Positions 27,366 to 40,925 are shown, numbered from the stretch's first letter. The stretch: 64,000 nt of DNA from Spironucleus salmonicida (GCF_000497125.1 NC_090599.1:434001-498000); one strand, 5' to 3'. Notes: a model not told the origin generated them from the letters alone. Numbers and translations: made by a program.

Positions 27366-27550
27366 TTATGATAATATACTTATTGATATATGGAGTATAT
27401 ACATTATAACAAAACCGTATAATGAACATAAAGTTGGTTTTTAGATATTAATGGCTAAAAGTTATACAATAATCTTATGTTTTTAGTCATAAACTATTTT
27501 TATATTTAGATTAATGATATATAATAAGTAGCAGTATATAACCGTAAACT

Positions 27551-28400
27551 GCCTCTCACTATCTGGGGCGGGATAGTATCTGCCGCCAGATAAGGCGGCC
27601 CGCTCCCATTAATTGGGTATATGCACATAATTCTGTTTTTACTGCACAAACTTTTTTGATATATTCCGGATATGCGAAAGTACACAACTGTCCCGACCTT
27701 CGCAGTCCAGAAATGAACGCCGCGAAGCACAAGTGGACCAAGCAGGAGGAGGCCCTGCTCAGCGAGGGCGTGCGGCTCTACGGCTGCAACTGGCAGATGA
27801 TCCGGGACGAGCACTTCCCCGCGCTCTCCGCGCTCTCCCTCAAGAATAAGTACTACAACTACGTGAGGACCTTCGTCACGCACCGCCGCCCAGACACCAA
27901 GGCAACGACCAGGACCGCATGCATACCCACCAAGCTCACTAGCGAGGTGGACATCGTCAACCAGATCCGGCTCGCCCTCGGCCTCGAGTGAATAGTATGC
28001 TAATTAGTACGTTTTTCATGAGTATTATAAGAAATAAATAGGAACTGGTATGTTTCAATATATTTTAACTAGAATAGGATCCAAAATCATTTCATTAAAA
28101 CATAAATATACTTAATTGAGCAATGACTAGGTTTTTACTGCGATCTAATCTCAAATAATACTAGAAAGTATTATATAATTTATTGTAGGTATATATTTCA
28201 AAATTATTCTGGACTATTATTAGTTCTTTTAACAAAATATAACTGTTGATAAGAAACTTAACTCTATATCTAGAAATCGAAAAAACCTTCAGAATTTATC
28301 ATGTAAAACCTATTACTGCTAAGTTTATTAGTTATTTTTTCTCAATCTGGTTTTCAATACTCGAAACGAAGATATATACACGCTTGCCGTACAATTTTAT
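27551..28400 (+). repeat. Right arm of 850-bp inverted repeat (5'-truncated Myb cassette copy 3 plus flank)
   Basis: Reverse complement of 26312..27161; 389-bp spacer. Confidence 0.95.
27713..27991 (+). CDS. Single-repeat Myb protein copy 3, 92 aa
   Basis: Identical protein to copy 2. Confidence 0.92.
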   Translation: MNAAKHKWTKQEEALLSEGVRLYGCNWQMIRDEHFPALSALSLKNKYYNYVRTFVTHRRPDTKATTRTACIPTKLTSEVDIVNQIRLALGLE

Positions 28401-28537
28401 AACTAAACTACCAGAAATAAATCCTTCATCAACTATTTTCCTTCCCACATGATTTTAAACTAATTGTTAAGTGTAAATTTTAAATTTTTCTATTATTATA
28501 CAATAATAAAGAGTATTATATACATTTCCAAAAATTC

Positions 28538-29194
28538 ATGTCAATGCGGTCCGCATACCAATCTGCATACTCCCCTACGCGGTTAGGGAAAACGAACGCA
28601 TACCAGTCGACACTAAATGATGCACAGCGGACCCTGAAACGCACGGAAGGTGAAGTTACCAAGCTGAGGCTCTTTAAGGCCGAAGTGGAGCAGCTCAAAA
28701 AGAAGCGGGAGCGCATAATGCTGAATCAGCAAAACCAAACTGCAAATTATGAGGAGACTAGGAAGCTGTACGAGGACTTCCAAACTATCCAGCAGCAGCA
28801 CAAGAAGCTCATGAAAACATAGTACGAGTCCATCAAGGCCCAGGAGCGTAAAACAAAGGCCTCAGTGAAGACAGACTTGTTCCAGAAGCAACAATCGGTG
28901 TAACAGTAGAAACGCACTATTACGCTCAAAATGGAGGAGAACTACCACGTGAGGCAATAGCGCCTCTAGCAGTACAAGAAGCAGATCCAGGACGTGAATG
29001 ACATCGAAAAACGTGCAAAAGATAACCGCCTGGCGCTGATCGAAACGAAAAAATGCGAGGTGGAGTCGATTAAAACGTAGCGGGTGCAGCAGTCTGAGGA
29101 CATTCAGAAGTACTGTTGGGCCAAAATGGAAGGGTTGGAAGAGGAGAAATAGCGCCTTCTGCACGAGCTGCAGCAGATTGATTATGATGAGTGA
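28538..29194 (+). CDS. Coiled-coil hypothetical protein, 218 aa
   Basis: Extends track ORF 28538..28822 through TAG/TAA; Q/K/E-rich; ends GAG-TGA. Confidence 0.85.
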
Positions 29195-29525
29195 GTTTGG
29201 GTGCTAACCAAAAAGTTGAGGTCTTAACTCAGTTGATTGTCATTTAGGTGATGAGAGATCGCTTGGCGTGTGAAAGTGTTGATTTTTAGCAAAAATTGGA
29301 TATGTGTTATTCTGGGTGATAAAAGGATGCGGCGGATAGTGACATACGATTCGTTTAAAGCTATTGGTGGGAGCGGGTCAAATAATTTTATCATTAAGTA
29401 GGTAAGTTTTACTTTAGTTAACATTATTGAGAAGAAAAAATAAAATAGATTAAATTAATGGATTTTAGTTAATTTAAATTTTATACTGAAATATTTGGGA
29501 TATACATTTTACTAACCTCCACATA

Positions 29526-30371
29526 ATGTACAAGGTTATTAAATTTTTATCAGCTGGCTCGTACGCATCAGTTTATGAAATTGAAGATGAGTTTAATATG
29601 AGATTTGCGTTAAAACGTATTTATAGAAAAATACCAGTTACAACACTAGAAATGCATAAATTTATAGATTCAGACTTCATTATACAACCCTTGCAATTAA
29701 TAATAACCAAAAATATTACTTTAAATATTATTTATCCTCTGGCAGTTTGTGATGCAAGAACATACTTTAAACAACATTTTACGTTTTAATAACTTGCTAT
29801 TTTTGTATCAGATGCGCTTTATGGTTTAAATACAATTCATAAAATACAAATATCACATCGGGATATAAAACTAGATAACTTCTTGGTATTTGAAACAGGT
29901 AAAAAGTTATCGTTTAAGATTTGCGACTTTGGAATTTCACAAAGTTATAATACTGTATCAAGAAACTAGCCACAATATACACCAATTGAGTGTATTTTTA
30001 AGATGCCTTATACTTGTCAAAGTGATCTATATAGTTTTGGAATAGTGTTGTTAAAGTTATTAGGAGTTAAATTTTAGATAAAATCTAAATTTGATCAAAT
30101 TGATATTGTAAAATCAGGTTAAAGATAGTTAGTAAAGACATTAAAATGTATTAAAAACTTAAAGCATAAAGACTTGTTACAGAAAAGAATTTAATGTAGA
30201 AATGAATTTTTCTCATTATCTAATTAGTGTCGAAATGATAAGTATGATATATTCAGAGAAATGGCGTGTTTATGCTTGTAAATGCCTTGTTAAAGACCTA
30301 CTGCAGCTGATTTGATTCTAATGTTTGAAAATCAATTAGGAAGTATCAAAGAGCACAGAACATTGCACTGA
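29526..30371 (+). CDS. Divergent Ser/Thr protein kinase (possibly NEK expansion), 281 aa
   Basis: SAGSYASV, ALKRI, HRDIKLDN, DFG, YTPIE, SDLYSFG. Confidence 0.9.
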
Positions 30372-30678
30372 TGGTGGGGTATGATTTGTAGTAGATATAT
30401 TGTTTATATTATTGGTTTTATTGCTTCCTTATAACGAATTAAAGATATCTATATATTCAAGAAATAGTAAACTAAAGTAATTATTATTGTAGTGAAGCTA
30501 AACAGTAAAGTTAGTGTAATAATTAACTACAAGACGTAATAAAGTCTAATTATTATATGGCTTTTAGATAAATAGCATAAAAATTTACCAATTAACAATT
30601 GAGCTAGCTATGATAAATCTCATAATAATTAAAATTAACTAAAAACAAATATAGCATTATATTATTATTTGTCAAAGA

Positions 30679-30873
30679 ATGAAAATTAAAACAAATGATC
30701 TGCTTCTTTTATGGATGTTGGCAGCAATGCTTGTTTTGACCATCCCACTAGTTGTTTTTAATGACACAATTGGCATGTTTGTCTACATCATAAATTTTCT
30801 CATTTTCTTCATGGTAGTGGTTAAGATTGTTATTTAATAAATCATCCTTTAGAGCAAACAAAAAATTGAGTGA
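30679..30873 (+). CDS. Two-TM microprotein, 64 aa, C-terminal KxKxx; VMA21-like
   Basis: MKIKTNDLLLLWMLAAMLVLTIPLVVFNDTIGMFVYIINFLIFFMVVVKIVIQQIILQSKQKIE; ends GAG-TGA. Confidence 0.65.
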
Positions 30874-30886
30874 CGTGACTGGAAGT

Positions 30887-31321
30887 TCACTGTAACGGTT
30901 TTTGATAGATAAATACAAAATCTCCCATCTACCATAGCAATATTAACACCTCTAGCGCGAAATTAGCGTTTATACTCACAATGACCTGGTAGCGTGAATT
31001 AAGAAATTGGCGAAGTTAGAAAAATATACCAGTATAAATCCTAAGACCTAGCACAACGTAGTTCAGCCACGTAGATGGTAAAGCAAAGAAACAAATAATA
31101 GGATCAATTGCCCACAGTATTATAGTAATAATCAATAGAATACGCTCTGATGTAGTCACAATTTATCCAAAAACCATATCGATACATTACATGGAATAGA
31201 GACCGAGAGCTAGGGATAGAAAGGATACAAAACAACGAATCTATACAACCATTTTCCAGTTATGTCTGATCCTTGCAGGCCAGTTGAAATTGCGTACGTA
31301 AAATACGTCCACTATTGTCAT
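30887..31321 (-). CDS. Multi-pass membrane protein, 144 aa
   Basis: Table-6 ORF with about 4 hydrophobic segments; ends CAG-TGA. Confidence 0.75.
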
Positions 31322-31352
31322 TTTTATAAGATAGGAATATATATATAATAGT

Positions 31353-33854
31353 TCACTTTCTCTATTACTAGACAAATCTATGGAGGGCATCAATAACACG
31401 AGGAAATACCGCATTAAGCTGCTTACTTACAATTTAAATAAGTGTAGAATTGACTTAATCGTTTTATAGGTTGAGTTGCAATCTATTTTAAAGCCATTCA
31501 AAATTGGTTTTTGCGTCTTCTTCTACAACCTAAATACCACTGCCAACTAATAAGTATAGTAAAGTAAATATTTAGTTTGTTTGCTTCCTTAGCTGCTAAT
31601 AGCTCATTATGAGATAGCTAACGAATAAACTAAAGTTAGGGCTATCCACTCCTCCTATCGTATCTATCATTTCTGGAGATATTTTCATTTAAGGAGGATA
31701 GGGCTTAGGATCTCTATTGAATAACCAGCCAAAATCTATATGAAATAGCTATCCAGATGGTCTCACCATAATATTTGCTGAGTGCCTATCACCAATAGCT
31801 AATATAAAAGTCATAATTGAATATAGAGCAGTCGATTTAATAAAGTTTGTCGTTTGCTATGTTTCTGTAAGCTGAACAGTTTGAAACTATTTCAAGTACG
31901 TTTTTATGTTTTGTAATTTTTTATCAAGAAGAATTTCATCAATATCTATCGAAGGCTGAACGCATTCAATAATACCAAAATCAGGAGAGAATGCGAAACA
32001 GCCATATAATGAAGCAGATAAGTCTATTCCACCTGCTTACAACGTGCTGTCAAAAAATTAAAACATCTGCATGACAATTACGTCATTTCGCACATCGTCA
32101 TTATACTTTAGTAAAACAGGGCACTCTGACCCATCTTCTAAAATCAGCCGGATCATAAGTGGCATTTTATTCGACTTAAAGACATGATAAACCTCAACGT
32201 TTATACCAATAACCCTGCAATTTTACCGAATGAACGGAAAATTTATTGCTTTTTTCTGCTTCAACAGCAGAGGATAGCGGTTCTTGTTCCGCAGCTCCTT
32301 CCCAAGCTGCTGGATCTGCCCCGGACGGTCCAAATTCGCTGCTTTTACGGTAACCCCCAAATTGTACAATTATTTCACAAAATCGACGCTGGCCTGAACG
32401 TCGCTAAAAACGACAGGAGAGGTCTCCTCGAGCTTCTAGAAGTACAGGCTGATCAAGTTCTCGTACTTGTTCCTCACGTCGACGCTGGCCGCCGAGTCGC
32501 GCCAAAGCTGCAAATAGAACGGAAACTGCACCGCTTGCATGAATTTCTCCTCGCAGTCGAAGAGTTCCAGCAGAAACAGCGCCAGCTCGCTTTCTGCGTC
32601 GAATTGGACGCAATTTGTGAGCTGGAACTGATATAACACGACCTCGCCGAAAGCGAAATTCCGCAGGTGGTGGATGGCGATTTCCCGCACTGCGGGCGCT
32701 GCAAACTGCGCCTGGAAGAACCACAGGACCTGCTCGATTGGAACGTTCTGGTACCTCGCGAATGCGCTAAAATTGGGCTCCTTGCGGGCCCGGATGCAGG
32801 CCAGCAGGACGTACGCGAACGATGCGCCGTCTCCGGCCAGAAAATCGCTGTTTTCGAGAAGGAGCTGCGCGTTCTGCAGCGGGACGAAAAATGGCCGCCG
32901 CAGCTCGCGTTGCAGCTGTTCCAGGACGCTTGCGCTTGGCGTAGCGGTTGCTCTGCTGAAGTTCGTCGTCTGTGCAAAAATTCCGCCGAATTGGTAGGCG
33001 TAGTCGAGCGAATTGTAGGTGCTCGAGAATTAGGCGTCGCGGGTGTGGAAAGCGGCGGTAGCAGCGTCAATAGCGTGATTTGTGGGTTCTGCGTTGGTGT
33101 GGAAGCGGATTTCGCTATCTGCGGTCGGGGGGACGAAGTTTCGCGCGCTGGTTCCAGCTAGGTCGAATGTGGGCGTGTTTGATACGATTTGGAGCTTTGC
33201 TGGTGCTACTGCGCTTGTAAGAATCGATTCTGGTCGGTTGGCGTTAATTTTCGCGAATCGCAGGACTTGGTTGATGTGGAACTGCTACTGGACGAGCAAT
33301 ATCTTCTCTAGAAGCTTGGGTTAAATGTTGTTATCGTAGATTTGTTGAATTTCGGCCAGCTAAAGCTGGTGAATTGCACGCGGCGGTAAATAGGTGCTTT
33401 AAGTCAGTGGTTTTTTGTAGTTTTTGTCTGCAAATACGATGTCGGTCGCCTGCGCTAAAATTTCAAAGGTGAGAGTATAGGTCGGGGTTTTGAGGTTATG
33501 TGCGCCTGTTTTTAATTGAAAAATGTAATTTTTCTTCTCAAACAGCTTAAATTAAAATTACGCTAAGGTGTCATCTTAGCGGATAATGCTTAATTTCAAT
33601 ATATCATCTGGCTTAAAAGATTGTATTTTAAGCGGAATTGCAAACTATTACTCTTTAAACGTAACTAAGCCTTTTTAATATTAATCGTTGAAGTCAGTAA
33701 AAAGAGGTGCAGTTTCTAAGGTTTCTTACTCGTATTGGAATGAAATTCTATAATCTTTTGGAAAAATTGTGAACTAGTCATTAAGAATTTTAATCTGCTT
33801 AAAATTAATCAAAGCGTAGTATGGTATTTCAGAAGATAAGGATACTAAATCCAT
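31353..33854 (-). CDS. VPS34: Class III phosphatidylinositol 3-kinase, 833 aa
   Basis: KYNDDVRND, LAIGDRHSANIM, LFHIDFGWLFNRDPKPYPP, C-terminal IDALHRFVQQQRK; PIK helical region in track ORF 32436..32690. Confidence 0.93.
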
Positions 33855-33912
33855 TTAAAGCGTATATGTAATTATACTTTAGTATATAATAATTATATGA
33901 CTGTCTTAAAAA

Positions 33913-34629
33913 ATGTTCGTCAAAAACAGTGATTTTAGCATAAATTCACCTGAATTAAATACTTAAATCATAGCTCCAAGTTAATCAGTGGTTGATTTAT
34001 CAATATTCTTTGATAATATTACTAAAATAAACGAAATTATAGATTAAAATTAGAATGTGTTCAGGTTTGTTAAAATTCTGATCAAAAATAGACATGATTC
34101 TTTAAGAACTACCGTTTTTATGCCATATATATTTTAGTCATATAAAATTTATTTAAAGATTTAGTCACTACTGGATTAGTTTATACTAACATTGAGAAAA
34201 TATAATACTCATTAAAATATTCTTTAATATCAAATTATGATGACAACTTACATCTTATAATTGATTTAAAAGATGTAGTATATTTCAGTTAAAGCAGTTT
34301 AGTTTTCGAAGATGACGTTGCAAGAAGAACTAGATTCGTAACTTTCAGGAATGTGGCCAATAGCTGCCTAGATTTCTATATTTTCTGATCAATTATATAC
34401 ATAATTTCATGAAATAGCATTATATTCACATAAAATTATGAAAAATGATTAATATATAACTATAAACGAGATTTGTCAACAGTCAGATTAAGTTTGTTAA
34501 GCTTGGCGGTATATTACAGGCATAAGTTAACTTCCTGATTTTATTAAATTTTCTTGCAACCAGTAAAAACTATCATTGTCAGATGTTCAAAGTGTTGTTA
34601 AAATTGAGAAAAAGCTCAGTGACTGGTGA
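33913..34629 (+). CDS. Hypothetical protein, 238 aa
   Basis: Fully translated table-6 ORF. Confidence 0.7.
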
Positions 34630-34632
34630 TTA

Positions 34633-36345
34633 TCACTAAAATACAATTTTACTTATCTCTTTAATATTGATTGTTTTTATTTCCAACTACAACCTGTTAC
34701 ATCTTTCTAAAATACTAATATTGTAAAATTAATACTTTGTTTTAATATCTCTATTGATATATTCAGTAATAATAGTTGCAATATCGGCTCGTAAATAAGG
34801 TAAATACTATTTATATATTTAAATTAACTAAGCTTTATCTTATATAATAAACATACAGCATAATATACAAATTTATTCATCTATGCTAATAGACTTGATA
34901 ATATTAATAACTTAAATATATTTATTAATTATCTAAATAATATCATGCTCTGAAAGTTGATCATATATAATACTTAAAAACTCTGAACCATTCGTTATTA
35001 TTAATAACTATTCTTTAAGAGTCAAAAATTTATCAAATTAATCAAATTCCGATAAGCAAAAATTATTACAATTAAAGAGGGTTTAAAGTTCTTAAAAAGT
35101 AGTTTGTGTATTTTCAATTTATCTTTCCATAATAGCATCTTTATATCTATTTTTAAAGAGAAATTAATTAATAGGAAGAGGTAAATCCGTCAGTTCTGAA
35201 AATTTTATTAACATATCTAGTAATATTTCGAAATTTTTATATGTAAAATTGTATAGTAATACTTGTGAGGCTATTGGTAACGATTTTGCTAAAATATCTT
35301 TAACTTTACAAATATGAATCAGTTGCTAATTGTTACTATTGATTATATCTTTATATTACAATCCTATAGTGGTTAATTTCATTTCAGTTAAGCAATATAG
35401 CATACCTTATTTTAATTTGAAATTAATACATTAGATATTTTTCACTTACTGATAAATATCAACATACACTTGAAAGAAATATTAATTTGGACCCCAGATA
35501 TAATTATTTATCCATATGCTATCTATTATCTTTGATATAAAATCGAGATTTAATGTTTTAGGTACCAAAAATTTAAAAATCTAGCTATGAATAAATACTT
35601 CAGGATTACTTGTTTAAATTAAAGATAGTGCTTACTTGGATAATTCTAAACATGATAGTTCACGAACTTCAAATGGTGAAATAAAATTAAGCTTAGGATT
35701 TTAATTATTATAGAACATTACACACTTAAGAGCATGTTGAAGATTACCTTTAAACATATAAAGGCCATAGTAAATATGAGAAATTAATTACTATTCCTCA
35801 GTGGTATATTAATTACAGTAAAGTTTAAACTTTAAGTTTTAATTCTAAGAATTAGCTTTTATATAATTAACAACAAGATAGCATCTGGTTGATACTAAAG
35901 ATAATAGATCAAAAAACTAATAAGGAATATTCAAAATGAATTCTAGAAGAATTTAAAGCAAAACATCATGTGTGAGAACCTCAAGTTTGGTTTTAAGAAT
36001 ATCAGGTACATGGTCTGCTACAAATTATAGGTTAACCAATACATTCTAAGCCTGTTAAAGATTTTATATCAAATTAATATTAGAATATAACTGCTAAATT
36101 AACAAAGTGTCTGTTACTGCGTTTTAACTTTTAAAACCAAGGATCTATTCTGTACTATTATTGTCTATGAGCACAGTTTATAATTTTTGCTAAACACAAT
36201 AAGGAAATATTTTAAGTATGGAAGATTATATAGTTTACAATTCGAAAGTTATATCAGGAAAATATGTACGTTATAATTTAAGCTAAAGAACTTATTTAAC
36301 ATACATTAAATAATACATCACAACTATTATATAATATTATATCAT
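34633..36345 (-). CDS. Hypothetical protein, ~560-570 aa (start 36345 or 36318)
   Basis: Frame open at all checkpoints; ends TAG-TGA; start uncertain. Confidence 0.6.
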
Positions 36346-36573
36346 TATTTATAAGAATGATTTTATATAAGTCTAGCGATAATTAAAAAATGTTTATTTC
36401 AGTAGTTAATATAATTAAGCAGTAATAATTATAAATATAAAATGAATAGGATATCCATAGATGTTTTTAAGAAGTCAACAATAAAAACACCGATAATTTA
36501 GTAAAGGTGACTATTAAAAAATCACCCAATAAATTATAATATAAAATTACATTGCCTAATTTAAATCAAATAT

Positions 36574-37041
36574 TCACTATTATTTTGCCAAAAACTGCCA
36601 AATATCCTTCCATTTTTATTTATTAATAACGAAACCCCCCTAGCATTTTTATACTTTATAAACTTTATTACCAAATTTCACACAAAACTTATCTGGAACT
36701 ATAAGATCGTCAAATTCGAAATCTGTAAAATGAATATCTGTTAATTTTTATAAAAATGCTACCTTTTACTTCAGTAATAAATTATTAGCTTGAAGAGAAG
36801 TCATTTAATAATATTCGGGTTATTAATACGTTTAAATAGGTATATCCGGAGTAGTATCTTTAGTTAAAGCTTACTCTTGTTAGTAAAATGCTAGTGAATA
36901 TGATAAGAGTAAATCTTCATAGTCTGTTTTAGAATATTATTTTGAAAATAAAGTAGGGTTTGGAAGTTCTTTAAATTCTGATTTTTTAAGACTAACTATT
37001 TTTGATGTCAATTCAGTAAAAGATGGATCTTCATTTTTCAT
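36574..37041 (-). CDS. Hypothetical protein, 155 aa (MKNEDPSFTEL...)
   Basis: Translated table-6 ORF ending TAG-TGA. Confidence 0.7.
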
Positions 37042-37139
37042 TTAAAATTTTATAAATTACCTACTACAATTTATTATTATATAAAATATTTCAATCCATA
37101 AATCTACTATTATTTATAATAATCACTATAGCGCAAAAA

Positions 37140-37928
37140 ATGGATGAGGAGACAGTCTCACGCCACTCGTCTCAAATTGATAACATTTACTCTAGAGTAG
37201 AGTCTGAAATATATGTGAGTAAAAATACTGCGAAAATTATGCTGATACGATCACCATCAAGAAACAAAAATGTCAAAAAGGATGTTAATATGAGAAAATT
37301 ATCATCGCTTCCAGAGGCACAATTTTTCAAGGCCAAAAAATCAGCACCTATTATTCCATAGCCATAAAGATAGCTGAAGCCCAGCGAAACGCTCGTTCAC
37401 GAGAAGCGGAAACTTGCAGTTCAAAAATAGCTTTTAAAGGCTTTAGAGTCTGGAAATTTGAACTAGCCATAATAATCTCACAATATATCTGCTTAATAAG
37501 ATCTAACGGATGCCTAAATGCGTGCTATTGCTTTGAACTCCCGTATCGAACACGCTAACGCATCGAAGTTAAAAAAGGAAAAGGTGAAAGAAAATTCCTT
37601 AAATATATCTAAATAGCGTTAACTTTCATTAGAAGATAAAAAACGAAAAGCTTTAGAAACAAAGTTGGAAGAGGAATTCATGCGAGAAGCAAAGCGTGAA
37701 AACTAGATTGAATAAACTATGAAAACATAGTAACTAAGGACATAAAGCCAGCTAGGCTGTTAGGTAATCTAAGATAAGGTTGGGATGATGTAAGAAAAAA
37801 TTAGATTGGAAAGGTACGAAACAGAAAAATAAATGCAGATAGAAGCAGATCAAGTTAAATGTGAAAGAGAATTTATTTAGAAGCGCATTGAGGAGCTCAA
37901 GGAGAAGAGCTAACGATTTAATAAGTGA
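37140..37928 (+). CDS. Coiled-coil hypothetical protein, 262 aa
   Basis: Extends track ORF 37140..37361; E/K/Q-rich; ends AAG-TGA. Confidence 0.8.
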
Positions 37929-38015
37929 AATGTTGAAAATGATTTTATTAAAAATAAATAATATGAATCTTTACTACTATATATTAACAATATTACTTTC
38001 TTTTTATTCGTCATA

Positions 38016-39467
38016 ATGTCAATACTAGAGTCAAAGATCGAAACTCCTGAACAGTTTAAGGAAATTAAACTAGTAATTTAAGATCATTTGTTAATTTAAG
38101 ATTAAAAATCTGAGCTGTATAAGCACCATATAATTGGTAAGCTTATTACATTTGCATCTAGCACTGAAGTTGTCGATATATAAATAGAGGTTTTAGAAAC
38201 AATTGATTTATTTTTATAAGACTCATCAGATTTAATTTTAGTATCACAGTCTTCTATATTGTATTTGTGTATGATATTGCTGAAAAATAGCAACCCTCTA
38301 CTTTAAATTGCATCCCTTAAGTTGTTAACTTCTTTGTGTTAATATGATGAAAACGCAACAGCTTTACTTTAAAATCATCATTTGATTAAAAATATTGTAT
38401 TGCTAGCGGAGTAAATCATGAGCCAAGATATAACTGAAGATATTACGTTACTTATTCAACATTTTACTACATTCATGTATATTTGTTGCTCTGTCTCAAC
38501 AAAAGTATAGAAAAAACTATCTTAGGCGGGGATTTCAGACTTTCTTCTTAATGCAACTGAGAAATTATAAGATACTACATAACCATTAGCATCAACATTA
38601 GCGATATTACAGATGTTGTCATAAGAAAAATTTATTGCGTAAGCTGTTATGTAAAGAAACTATCATGAGTTTTTGTTGAAGATGTTATAAAAGTATTTAG
38701 ATAATCAAACGAATATAGAAATCTGTTAACTTGTATTGAATCTTATTGGAACAATCTGTGCCGTTTTTTCTGCATCTGTTGCACAATTCATGTAAGTAAA
38801 AATTCCTAGTATGATATATTGTATTATTCTCGATACTAAAGATATTAACCTATTAAGATTTGCAGTATCTGCTTTAGTTGAAATCTTATATGCTGACAAA
38901 GGTTATAAATATTAAAACCTAACAGTCAATTTAAGATAAATTGGTCAAATTGATGATTTGTTATAAAATCTTATCGATCTTCCAGATAAATTTGAAGATG
39001 ATAGTGAATGTTATACAGTATGGGCTATAATGATGAGAATGTTAGCTAGTGTACCTAAGAAAGAAGACCATGTGAGATAAAGCATATTATGTAGAGGGGT
39101 CTTAAAAAGATTATTAGTAGGTTTAACTAGTGACGTTAGTCTTAATGCTAAAATATCGCTTTTAGATGCGTTGGGTTAAATGTTTTGTAGGCAATAATTA
39201 CCACCACAAGTATATTTAGATGATTTGGCCAAAACAACATCTGTGGTTTTAAAGTTGAAGAGAGAGTTTGTTAGCTTTAAAAATTAAAAGAGTGCTGAAA
39301 AATTATTATATTTAGAAGCAGTTGAACGTGCGAAAACAGTCTTAGAGAGATTAGGACATTAAGAGGGTCGAAATACTACTAAATATACTATGTATAGTAT
39401 GTTTATTATGGGTTGTACTTTACTTGTAGGTGCTGGTATTAGTTTTTTGGTTAGAGGGGTGAACTGA
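38016..39467 (+). CDS. ARM/HEAT-like helical protein with C-terminal transmembrane anchor, 483 aa
   Basis: Helical-repeat-like body; ends YTMYSMFIMGCTLLVGAGISFLVRGVN. Confidence 0.75.
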
Positions 39468-39548
39468 TAATATATGAAATTATTTGTTTTTGGTTTTCTA
39501 TAATATCTTTACAATACAATTTAAAATAACTTTATATTTAAATTCAAA

Positions 39549-40925
39549 ATGTGCTTCTCGAAATGTGTTTCTGAACCAACCACTGAATGGTTTGATGCCG
39601 CTATTAACAATAATATTACTATTATATAACAATAGATGAAATAGAACTAAGGAAAACGGGAATTAAGACTATAAACAGATGTTATCTTTACAGGATTTAC
39701 AGCATTTTTTTACTCAGTTTATCATGAAAATTTGGAAGTGTTGTCATTGTTATTACTTGATGAATTTACTCTCCCTACTATTGAACCTATACTATTTGAT
39801 GAAGATTAGATGATATAGTCCCAAGTTAATATGATTCTTCCAGAGGATAAATAAATAGATAATGAAAATGACGAATAGGCAAAATAAAAAGATGAAATTA
39901 AGCTACGGGAAAAATCTAAGCTATTAGAAAAAATTAAAAAATTAAAAAATAATGAAGTTGTTCCAGAATATAATATTAGAGAATTTCCATCTAACTCAAC
40001 AGCTCTAGATTTAGCTGTTCATTAATCAAATTGGAGAGCATTTGATATAATGTACGAGTCGATATTATTTTAGCCAGATCTGTTTTCTCCTATTCTTGGA
40101 TATATGAATGAACACGGTGAAACTACTTTACATTTCTTCGTTAGAAATGGTAGTCCTGAGGCTTTGTATATGTTGAAAAGAACTGGAAGAATACTGATAG
40201 AAAAAGAAATTGACAAAGAAGGCGAAAGCGGGCTCAATCCTGTTGTTTTGTCTATTAGATCCGGTAGAGTAGATTTTTTAGAATACTTCTTAAGCCTAGC
40301 ATACGATGACTTTTTCTTCGAAAAAATTAAATTTTGCTTACGTAAATAGAAAAGAAAGCCTGCTGTTGAAGAGCTTTGCACACCAAGTCTCATGTTCAGC
40401 ACAACAGAAGAAGAAGCCCAATAGGCGTCGTTTTTACTCTAAGGGTTTAGACGAAGATCATTACCACCTGCACCAGAATGGTTAGTTTTAGAAATTAGAG
40501 AAAAAATTGAATAAATGAATAGAAGCTCATACGAAGAGCCCATTGAGGAAGGGCCAGTTGCCCCATGGATCTAAACGCAAAGAGATTTAAATATACATGT
40601 CGATTCTAACCGAAACTCTTTCACACGTTAAAGCACCAGTGGGAAGTCTTAGCGAGCGTCTGTAGCTGAACTTCCACCAATGACACCAAAGCTAGAGCAT
40701 TTTATCTCATAGGAATAAACCAAGTAGCATAACAAAGATGGTCTTTTGCATGTTTATGAGTAAGTAGCATTACCCAAACCTAAATAGGAGGCTCCAAAAG
40801 TTTCTGTATATGGAATTTAGCTTTAAGCTGATGATGAGAGTTCTGACGCCGGACGCCAAGAAATAAATGTTTTAGAAGACTAGACTCCTATTAAAGATAA
40901 TGAGAATTCTGTCGAAGACTTGTGA
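39549..40925 (+). CDS. Ankyrin-repeat protein (diplomonad Protein 21.1-like), 458 aa
   Basis: WFDAAINNN, GFTAFFYSVYHENLEVLSLL, NEHGETTLHFFVRNG, GLNPVVLSIRSGRVDFLEYFL. Confidence 0.85.
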
